NCBI GenBank assembly: GCA_947625685.1
Contig: CANQPK010000004.1
Location: forward strand, 770-64,769
DNA length: 64,000 nt
Source: an uncultured Clostridia bacterium
GTDB lineage: Bacteria; Bacillota; Clostridia; TANB77; CAG-508
Direction: 5' to 3'
Made by a program: the position numbers and the translations under genes
The notes under the pieces: model-generated
Told to the model about the DNA's origin: nothing
The model's database searches: none
What the model saw: only the letters and a program-made list of their open reading frames with translations
Shown here: in pieces, positions 21,775 through 29,978 of the stretch
How positions within the stretch are numbered: position 1 is the stretch's first letter
Layout of the letters: every line of letters begins with the position of its first letter

Positions 21775-22968
21775 TTACTCAGCCCCCTGCTCTGATATCG
21801 GGTAATTGATAGTTACAACAGGGCGAACGCCGTAAGTACGATCTTCCGAGCAGACCATGTCAGGAGCAATCCACCATATGTTTGTTTCAGCTATATTGTC
21901 CTTATCTCCTGCCCACGCCACATGAAAGCCTACATAATCATTCGTCGTGCTGTCAATAGAGCGAGAAGCAAACCAATAATTATTGCTTGAACGTAACACG
22001 TCATAATAGCTCATCCTTACCAAATCATCTTCATAATATGTATCTCCTTCTTTTCCTCGTCCATTATATGAAGAGAGAAATTGTTGTTCATTTGCCCACT
22101 CAGTTACTTTGTCGTATGTGAATTTATTATTAGTATTATCTATTTCTGCTCCTACACTTCTTACTTTAACCTTATTTGGATTTGTTACTACTTCTTTGCA
22201 TTTGTCATTTATCTTTTCTATTGCTTTATTATAATTTTCTATGGATTTTTTTAAGTTCTCAACATCTGGATAGTCACTTGTTGCATTTCCACTCTCTCCC
22301 AATGTTAATTCTCCCAAAGTATCTGGACTTACTATATCTACTGTTCCATTTTGGTTATCTTTTATTATTGTCCATTCTTTTTTATTTTCATCTCTTCCAT
22401 CATAACTATATTGTACTGTTTTTCCTTCATTTCCTCTTGGTTCATATACCTTTGTTAAAGTAGTTGAACAAATTTTAGAATTTATCACTTTTAATGTAAT
22501 TCTATATACTTTATCTTCATATTTTATGTATATATTCTTACCCACTTCTTCTTTAGTATTTAATTTAGCATGTCCAGAAGTCAATCCTGATATTTTATCA
22601 CTAATATCTGTTTCCATCTCTCCATCTGGTGTAAATTTTAAGGTTCTAATACCTGCTGCTTGAGCTTCAAATACATTTGATATTTCACTCATATCTCTTC
22701 CTGTTTTTTCTTTCCCTAAAATATATCTGTATAAATCTTCATCTTTTGTTTCATTTGGCTGTTTTCCCATTGTTTCTACTCTACTTAATAAATTATCTAT
22801 TGTTCCAGATTCTTCTTTTCCTGCTTGTATATAGTTTTCTGCTGCTCCTTTTGCGAGTCCAAATAAATTTGAATTCATTACATTACTTATTGTTATTGCT
22901 GTTAATATAATTAATATTATTATTGTTATAATCAGTGCAACTAATGTAATACCTCTTTCTCTTCTCAT
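21775..22968 (-). CDS. Type IV pilin-like protein (class III signal peptide) with variable C-terminal domain, copy 1
   Basis: MRRERG|ITLVALIITIIILIIL prepilin-like N-terminus, C-terminal YWFASR...YGVRPVV. Confidence 0.8.
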   Translation of the reverse strand: MRRERGITLVALIITIIILIILTAITISNVMNSNLFGLAKGAAENYIQAGKEESGTIDNLLSRVETMGKQPNETKDEDLYRYILGKEKTGRDMSEISNVFEAQAAGIRTLKFTPDGEMETDISDKISGLTSGHAKLNTKEEVGKNIYIKYEDKVYRITLKVINSKICSTTLTKVYEPRGNEGKTVQYSYDGRDENKKEWTIIKDNQNGTVDIVSPDTLGELTLGESGNATSDYPDVENLKKSIENYNKAIEKINDKCKEVVTNPNKVKVRSVGAEIDNTNNKFTYDKVTEWANEQQFLSSYNGRGKEGDTYYEDDLVRMSYYDVLRSSNNYWFASRSIDSTTNDYVGFHVAWAGDKDNIAETNIWWIAPDMVCSEDRTYGVRPVVTINYPISEQGAE

Positions 22969-23057
22969 ATGTTTTCATCTCCTTTTTATTTTATATATCT
23001 TAACAAATTAAAATTAAATGAACACCAATTTTAATTATCAAATATGTATATATATAC

Positions 23058-23108
23058 AAAAAGACACACATTTCTTATACTCTAAAAAGTATAAGTCCTG
23101 TGTGTCCT
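23058..23108 (-). terminator. Leader terminator/attenuator hairpin of pilin-like copy 1
   Basis: mRNA GACACACA..CUUAUACU-loop-AGUAUAAG..UGUGUGUC-UUUUU, lying between the uORF and the pilin RBS. Confidence 0.7.
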
Positions 23109-23125
23109 TATATTATCTTTTTCTT

Positions 23126-23185
23126 TTAATATACCTGTGTGTGTGTGTGTGTGTGTAGAGCCTCTAAGGTTCTAGCCTTTGTCAT
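23126..23185 (-). CDS. Putative leader peptide MTKARTLEALHTHTHTQVY
   Basis: GGAGG RBS before ATG 23185, spans the (AC)n tract, conserved in the second copy. Confidence 0.6.
   Translation of the reverse strand: MTKARTLEALHTHTHTQVY
23136..23156. repeat. (TG)10T / (AC)n microsatellite
   Basis: 21-nt perfect dinucleotide tract. Confidence 0.95.
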
Positions 23186-23233
23186 CTTTCGTTTTCCTCC
23201 ATGTTTTCTTAACTTATAAATCAATTCAAATTT

Positions 23234-23262
23234 ATTATATACTATATTTTTACTTCTGTCTA
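23234..23262 (-). promoter_or_regulatory. SigmaA-type promoter of pilin leader copy 1
   Basis: TAGACA-N17-TATAAT, the same sequence occurs upstream of copy 2. Confidence 0.65.
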
Positions 23263-23362
23263 CTAAAATTGTTAATTTGTAATATATTCTTAATATTTTC
23301 GTAATATTTATAGTTATAACTTAAGGTCACTTTATTAATATAAAATAATTAAATGATAAAAA

Positions 23363-24213
23363 TTATATATTTTCTTTAATTATTTCTTCTACTTCTTTTT
23401 TGCTTAGTTCTACTATATCACAAATATCTTCCAATGACATATGTTTTTTATACATATTTAGTACAACTTGCTTTTGTTTTTCTTCTTTGCCGTTCATTTC
23501 TTTCTGTTCTTCCATAGGAAATTTTATCCCTTAAGTCTACTATCCTTTGTTCATATATCTCTCTTTTCTCTGGGTCTGATAATAACATCTCTAATTCTTC
23601 TTGCGCCTCTCGTAATTCTTGCTCTGCACTTTTTATCTTTGCCATATCTTCTGCCCCCTCCGCTTTTATAAATCTTATCCAATTATCCTCTGGCCTCTCT
23701 TCTCCGTCCTTCTTTGAACTTACCTAGTTCTATTACATGTATCTCTAAGTCATCTGTAAACTTCGTATCTAAATGTTCTTCTTCTCTTATACTCCACTTC
23801 GTATGATATCTTTCTATACCTTTTGTTATCTTTAAGTTCTCTTTCGATATTAGTATCGCTATCGTTTTATCTAATTCCTCATAACTCTCTTTTCTCTTTA
23901 AATCTTGTACGTATGCTTCTGACCAATAATATAATAGCCTCTCTGGCATGCAATCTAATCTTGTATATTGCATCTCTATTATTACTTTTGTTCCATCATC
24001 TATCTCTGCTTTTACATCTATTCTCCCTATTTTGTCAAATACTTCTTTTCCTATCATCCTTTTATTTTTGTCTAGGCTTATTTTCTTTATCTTTATTCCT
24101 AGTATTTTCTCTAAAAAACTTTTTGTTATTCTTTCGTTTCCTACTTTTCCAAATATTCTTTGAAATAATAAATCATTTGCTACTTTTAAATATTCTTCTT
24201 GTTTTTTGTTCAT
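23363..24213 (-). CDS. Rpn/YhgA-like PD-(D/E)XK nuclease (about 282 aa), needs two +1 shifts at CGGA 23703-23706 and CGGC 23489-23492
   Basis: NDLLFQRIFG, RIDV..IIEMQ. The shifts restore ..DNWIRFIK.. and GKEEKQKQVVLNMYK...EEIIKENI*, collinear with the intact paralog at 45627. Confidence 0.85.
23489..23492 (-). other. CGG(C) +1 recoding site 2 in rpn copy 1
   Basis: AAT GAA CGG CAA ; skipping C gives GGC AAA GAA GAA AAA CAA AAG CAA. The paralog has plain GGC at this position. Confidence 0.85.
23703..23706 (-). other. CGG(A) +1 recoding site 1 in rpn copy 1
   Basis: GAA GGA CGG AGA ; skipping C gives GGA GAA GAG AGG CCA GAG GAT AAT TGG into the frame of ORF 23448..23645. Confidence 0.75.
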
Positions 24214-24287
24214 ATTTTGTTTCCTTTCTAATTATACATTAATTTATTAGTTTAATCAAGGTATAATGTTCATATATTTTGGTTTAA

Positions 24288-24470
24288 TTTTTGATTTTTC
24301 TTTGGGAGATTTCCCAATAGATTTGTTTTGTCCTGAGCTAAGATGTAAAAATAAATATTTAAAAAAATAAAATAGATAGAAAGTTTTGATTAAAAATTTA
24401 ACTTTCTATCTATTTTATATATCATTATATTTTTATTGTCAAGAAATATTTTTCGACAAAATATGACATT
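24288..24470 (-). repeat. Conserved promoter plus structured leader upstream of rpn copy 1
   Basis: Highly similar to 46533-46712: TTGACA box, long AATAGATAGAAAGTT hairpin, TTGGGA..TCCCAA hairpin. Confidence 0.75.
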
Positions 24471-24584
24471 TGTTAGAATTATTTAATTACAGTGCACCAC
24501 CTTACCGCATAAGCAATTAGGAATCGTAACACCTAAGAGATACTTATCCTCATTTTTATTATATATACTACTCCTACTCAGCCA

Positions 24585-25754
24585 CTACTCTGATATCGGG
24601 TAATTGATAGTTACAACAGGGCGAACGCCATAAGTAATTGGATCCGAGAACGCCCCATTAGTCGCAATTTGCCATAACGATCCAAAAAAATCATCGCCAC
24701 CCAAAGTATTTACAAAAAATCCAATCCAGTCAAGCGTATAGGTGATGAGGATAAAGCGAGAAGCAACCCAATACCTGCCCTCCAAATTAGCAACACCATA
24801 ATAGCTCATTCTTACTAAATCATCTTCATCGTATATATCTCCTTCTTTTCCTCGTCCATTATATGAAGAGAGAAATTGTTGTTCATTATTTGCCCACTCT
24901 GTTATTAGGTCTGATTTGAATTTAGTTTCAGTATTATCTATTGCTGCTCCTACACTTCTTACTTTAATTGCACTTTTATTTGTTACTACTTCTTTGCATT
25001 TGTCATTTATCTTTTTTATTGCTTCATTATAATCTTCTATGGATTTTTCTAAGCCCTCAACAACTGGATAGTCACTTGATGCAACTGCCTGCTTTCCTAA
25101 TGTTAATTCTCCCAAAACATCTGGACTTACTATATCTACTGTTCCATTTTGGTTATCTTTTATTATTGTCCAATCTTTTTTATTTTCATCGCTTCCATCA
25201 TAACTATATTGTACTGTTTTTCCTTCATTTCCTCTTGGTTCATATATCTTTGTTAAAGTAGTCGAAAAAACTTTCCCCATTCCAATTTTTACTGTCACTC
25301 TATATACTTTATCTTCATATTTTATGTATACATTCTTATTTGGTTCTTCTTCTCTATATAATGCAGCACCTCTAGAAGTCAATCCTGATATTTTATCACT
25401 AATATCTGTTTTCATCTCTTTGTCTGGTGTAAATTTTAAGGTACTAATATCTCCAAAAATAGATTCTACTATATTTGATATTTCACTCATATCTCTTCCT
25501 GTTTTTTCTTTCCCTAAAATATATCTGTATAAATCTTCATCTGGTCGTTTTCCTATTGTTTCTACCCTACTTAATAAATTATCTATCGTTCCAGATTCTT
25601 CTTTTCCTGCTTGTATATAATTCTCCGCTGCTCCTTTTGCAAGTCCAAATAGGTTTGAATTCACTACATTGCTTATCGTTATTGCTGTTAATATAATTAA
25701 TATTATTATTGTTATAATTAGTGCAATTAATGTAATACCTCTTTCTTTTCTCAT
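24585..25754 (-). CDS. Type IV pilin-like protein with variable C-terminal domain, copy 2
   Basis: MRKERG|ITLIALIITIIILIIL, close paralog of 21775..22968. Confidence 0.8.
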   Translation of the reverse strand: MRKERGITLIALIITIIILIILTAITISNVVNSNLFGLAKGAAENYIQAGKEESGTIDNLLSRVETIGKRPDEDLYRYILGKEKTGRDMSEISNIVESIFGDISTLKFTPDKEMKTDISDKISGLTSRGAALYREEEPNKNVYIKYEDKVYRVTVKIGMGKVFSTTLTKIYEPRGNEGKTVQYSYDGSDENKKDWTIIKDNQNGTVDIVSPDVLGELTLGKQAVASSDYPVVEGLEKSIEDYNEAIKKINDKCKEVVTNKSAIKVRSVGAAIDNTETKFKSDLITEWANNEQQFLSSYNGRGKEGDIYDEDDLVRMSYYGVANLEGRYWVASRFILITYTLDWIGFFVNTLGGDDFFGSLWQIATNGAFSDPITYGVRPVVTINYPISE

Positions 25755-25832
25755 ATGTTTTCATCTCCTTTTTATTTTAATAAATTAAAATTAAATGAAC
25801 GTCAATTTTAATTTATTAAATATGTATTATAC

Positions 25833-25884
25833 AAAAAGACACACATTATTTTATACTCTAAAAAGTATAAGTCCTGTGTGTCCT
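25833..25884 (-). terminator. Leader terminator/attenuator hairpin of pilin-like copy 2
   Basis: Same GACACACA / UGUGUGUC-UUUUU stem as copy 1. Confidence 0.7.
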
Positions 25885-25901
25885 TATATTATCTTTTTCT
25901 T

Positions 25902-25952
25902 CTAATACGCTGTGTGTGTGTGTAGAGCCTCTAAGGTTCTAGCCTTCGTCAT
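25902..25952 (-). CDS. Putative leader peptide MTKARTLEALHTHTAY
   Basis: GGAGG RBS before ATG 25952. Synonymous ACA/ACG difference versus copy 1. Confidence 0.6.
   Translation of the reverse strand: MTKARTLEALHTHTAY
25911..25923. repeat. (TG)6T / (AC)n microsatellite
   Basis: 13-nt perfect tract at the position homologous to 23136-23156. Confidence 0.9.
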
Positions 25953-26087
25953 CTTTCGTTTTCCTCCGTGTTTTTTCTTAACTTATAAATTAATTCAAAT
26001 TCATTATATACTATATTTTTACTTCTGTCTACTAAAATTGTTAATTTGTAATATATTCTTAATATTTCTGTAATATTTTTTGCATTT

Positions 26088-28680
26088 TTATTTTATATAT
26101 AGCTCATCATCTTTTACATCAACTTTCACATTTGTATTTGGCAAAATTTCTCCAGTTAAGATCTTTCTTGCAATTAGAGTTTCTAATTTTCTTTGAACAA
26201 ATCTTTTAAGTGGTCTTGCTCCATATATTTCGTCATAACCATTATCTATTAGATAATTTTTTGCTGATTTTGTTAATTCTAAGCTTATATTTTTATCTTC
26301 TAGCCTTTTCTCTAGATCTTTTATTAATAGTTCTAATATTTTCGAAATTTCACTCTTTAATAATGGTTTATAGAAGATTATCTCATCTAATCTATTTAAA
26401 AATTCTGGTCTGAAACTTTGTTTAAGTAACATATTTACTTTTTCTTTTGCCTCGTTTGTTATTTCTCCATTTTCTGTTATTCCTTCTAAGATATAATCTG
26501 ATCCTAAATTTGATGTTAATATTATTATTGTATTTTTAAAATCTACTGTCCTTCCTTGTGAATCTGTAATACGACCGTCGTCTAGAACTTGAAGTAATAT
26601 ATTAAATACATCTGGATGAGCTTTTTCTATCTCATCAAAAAGAATAACTGAATATGGCTTTCTTCTAACAGCTTCTGTAAGCTGTCCTCCTTCTTCATAT
26701 CCTACATATCCAGGAGGTGCACCAATTAATCTTGATACAGAGAATTTTTCCATATATTCTGACATATCAATTCTTATAATATTGTGTTCATCATCGAATA
26801 AACTTTCTGCGAGTGACTTTGCGAGCTCAGTTTTTCCAACCCCTGTTGGTCCTAAGAACATAAATGAACCTATTGGTCTTGCTGGATTTCCTATTCCTGC
26901 TCTTGAACGCATTATTGCTTCTGATACTTTTTCTACTGCTTCATCTTGACCAATTACTCTTTTATGAAGTATTTCATCTAGATGTAATATTTTTTCCTTT
27001 TCTCCTTCCATAAGTTTAGTAACTGGTATTCCTGTCCATCTTGAAATTATCTTCGTTATCTCATCCTCTGTAACTTTATTTCTTAAAAATCCGTCTTCTT
27101 TACTTTTTTCAGATAATTTTTCTTCTTTTTCTAATTCTTTTTGTAATTCTGGCAATTTTCCATATTTTAGTTCTGCTGCTTTGTTTAATTCATATTCTCT
27201 TTCTGATTTCTCTATTTCTGCATTTACCTTTTCTATTTCTTCTCTTAATTTTTGAACTTTACTTATTGCTTGTTTTTCATTTTCCCATTTTGCTTTCATT
27301 CCGTCTAATTTTGTTTTTAACTCTGATTTTTCTTTTTGAATATCTGATAAACGCTTTTTAGATATTTCATCTTTTTCTTTACTCAATGCAGTTTCTTCTA
27401 TTTCTAATTGCATTATTTTTCTTGATACTTCATCAAGTTCTGTTGGCATTGATTCCATTTCTGTTTTTATCATAGCACAGGCTTCATCTATTAAGTCTAT
27501 TGCTTTATCTGGTAAAAATCTGTCTGATATATATCTATGTGATAGAGTTGCTGCTGCAATTAAACTATTATCTGATATTTTTACTCCATGATATACTTCA
27601 TATCTTTCTTTCAATCCTCTTAATATTGATATTGTATCTTCTACTGTTGGTTCATCAACTAGCACTGGTTGAAAACGTCTTTCTAGTGCTTGGTCTTTCT
27701 CGATATATTCCCTATATTCATTTAAAGTAGTCGCACCTATACAATGAAGCTCTCCTCTTGCAAGCATTGGTTTAAGTAAATTTCCTGCATCCATTGCTCC
27801 GTCTGTTTTTCCTGCTCCAACTATTGTATGGATTTCATCTATAAATAGTATTATTCTGCCTTCACTCTTTTTGATTTCTTGAAGTACTGCTTTTAATCTT
27901 TCTTCAAACTCTCCTCTATATTTTGCTCCTGCAACTAATGAACCCATATCAAGTGAAAATATAGTACAATTTTTTAATCCTTCAGGGACATCCCCTCTTA
28001 CAATTCTTAGGGCTAACCCTTCTGCTATTGCTGTTTTACCAACACCTGGTTCACCAATTAAGCAAGGATTATTTTTTGTTTTTCTTGATAATATCCTAAT
28101 TACATTTCTAATTTCTGTATCTCTTCCTATTACTGGATCTAATTTTTGTTTTCTTGCAAGTTCTACCAAATCTTGTCCATATTTTTTAAGAGCATCATAA
28201 GTTTCTTCTGGATTATCAGTAGTAACCCTAGTGTTTCCTCTAACATCAGCTAGCACTTTTAAAAATTCATTTTTTGTAATATTGCTTTTTCTTAGCAGAT
28301 CTTTGACATCTCTATTACTATTATCAAATATAGCAAGCATTATGTGTTCTACAGATACATAATCATCTTTCATACTCTTTGCTATATTTTCAGCATTTGC
28401 AAGTATTAAATCTACATTTTGTGATACATATATTCCGGTCTTTTGGTCTTGCTCCTCCTGTTATTTTAGGTTTTTTAGCTATTTTTTCTCTTATATCTTT
28501 TTCAAATTGTTCTTCATTTGCTATCTTTTTTAGGAGCTCTTTTATTAAACTATTTTCTTGCTCTAATAGTGCCAAAATTAAATGTTCTTCTTCTATTTGT
28601 GCATTTTGATTTTGAACTGCCAAATTTTGAGCCTCTTGTACTGCCTCTAATGACTTTTGTGTAAATTTTTGTATATTCAT
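26088..28680 (-). CDS. clpB: Chaperone ClpB (about 863 aa), needs +1 shift at CGGA 28434-28437
   Basis: [11 protein letters not shown]-domain joins [31 protein letters not shown] after the shift. Two AAA+ domains ([16 protein letters not shown]) and a coiled-coil M domain. Confidence 0.95.
28434..28437 (-). other. CGG(A) +1 recoding site in clpB
   Basis: AAA GAC CGG AAT ; skipping C gives GGA ATA TAT GTA TCA. Confidence 0.8.
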
Positions 28681-28758
28681 TTAACTCACTCTCCTTTAAA
28701 TTTCGTATTTTAAAAGCACATACATTATGTATGATGTGCTTTTTTCTCAACATATATA

Positions 28759-28801
28759 ATTATACTACATAAAATTAGCACTGTCAATAGGAGAGTGCTA
28801 A
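28759..28801 (-). promoter_or_regulatory. CIRCE (HrcA operator) overlapping a consensus sigmaA promoter of clpB
   Basis: TTAGCACTC-N9-CAGTGCTAA at 28775-28801 (one mismatch to consensus), TTGACA(28782-87)-N17-TATAAT(28759-64). Confidence 0.9.
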
Positions 28802-28819
28802 TTTGTTTATTTTATATTT

Positions 28820-28842
28820 AAAAGGGTAATATTACCCTTTTT
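28820..28842 (-). terminator. Terminator after metK
   Basis: AAAAGGGTAAT / ATTACCCTTTT palindrome. Confidence 0.65.
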
Positions 28843-28844
28843 AT

Positions 28845-29954
28845 TTACATTTCAACTATCTTTTCCCAAGGTAAATCATCTTTACCAAAATGTCCATAGT
28901 TAGTCGTTTTCGCATAAATAGGCTTCCTTAAACCAAGATATTTTATAATTCCGTCTGGTGTTAAATCAAACTTATCTTTTATCTTCTTCTCAATCTCTTC
29001 TTCTGGAATAGTGTTAGTTCCAAAAGTATTTACATATACAGAAATTGGCTCCTTAAGTCCTATTCCGTAAGAAACTTGTATTTCACATTTCTTTGCATAT
29101 CCATTTGCAACAACATTTTTTGCAATATGTCGAAGCATATATGCAGCGCTACGATCCACTTTTGTTGCGTCTTTTCCAGAAAAAGCTCCTCCACCATGTC
29201 TTGCATATCCACCATAAGTATCAACTATTATTTTTCTTCCTGTTAATCCTGTATCTCCTAGGGGTCCTCCTATTACAAACCTTCCGGTTGGATTTACATA
29301 GTACTTAGTATTCTCATCTAGATACTTTTCGTCTATTATTTCTTTTATAACTTTTTCTATAATATCTTTTTTTAACTGTTCAAGTGAAACGCTTTCATCA
29401 TGCTGATTAGATATTAAAACTGTTTCTATTCTTTTTGGTTTATCATCTTCATATTCAACTGTCACCTGTGTTTTTCCATCAGGTCCAAGATATTGTAATA
29501 TTCCCTTTTTTCTTACTTCCGTAAGTCTTTTAGCAAGTTTATGTGCTATTGCTATTGCAAATGGCATATATTCTTCTGTATCACAATTTGCATACCCGAA
29601 CATTATGCCTTGATCTCCAGCTCCTCCTACATCAACACCTTGTGCAATGTCTGAACTTTGCTTTGTAATATTTATATCTATTTCACAATTTTCAGAGTCT
29701 ATATCTATTCCTTTTCCTTTGTACCCTATTCCTTTAAGAACTTCTCTTGCGATTTTCTCTATATCTAATTTTGCATTTGTATTAAGTTGTCCAGCTATTG
29801 TAATTTTATCATTAGATGCAAATGTTTCTATTGCAACTCTTGAATATTCATCTTGCTCTAAACATTTATCTAGTATTGTATCTGATATTAAATCACATAG
29901 TTTATCTGGATGTCCTTCTGTCACACTCTCTGATGTGAATAAATACTTTTTCAT
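28845..29954 (-). CDS. metK: S-adenosylmethionine synthetase
   Basis: FTSESVTEGHPDK, GAGDQG, GGGAFSGKD. Confidence 0.97.
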   Translation of the reverse strand: MKKYLFTSESVTEGHPDKLCDLISDTILDKCLEQDEYSRVAIETFASNDKITIAGQLNTNAKLDIEKIAREVLKGIGYKGKGIDIDSENCEIDINITKQSSDIAQGVDVGGAGDQGIMFGYANCDTEEYMPFAIAIAHKLAKRLTEVRKKGILQYLGPDGKTQVTVEYEDDKPKRIETVLISNQHDESVSLEQLKKDIIEKVIKEIIDEKYLDENTKYYVNPTGRFVIGGPLGDTGLTGRKIIVDTYGGYARHGGGAFSGKDATKVDRSAAYMLRHIAKNVVANGYAKKCEIQVSYGIGLKEPISVYVNTFGTNTIPEEEIEKKIKDKFDLTPDGIIKYLGLRKPIYAKTTNYGHFGKDDLPWEKIVEM

Positions 29955-29978
29955 TTCTTATTTCATTCCTTTCTGCTA

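Noticed and set aside
24300-24345. c-di-GMP-I riboswitch in the rpn leader
   Set aside because: Only superficial similarity; I could not match the conserved core and two-stem architecture.
28550-28753. ORF overlapping the clpB leader
   Set aside because: No RBS, starts close to the predicted transcription start, and overlaps clpB out of frame.
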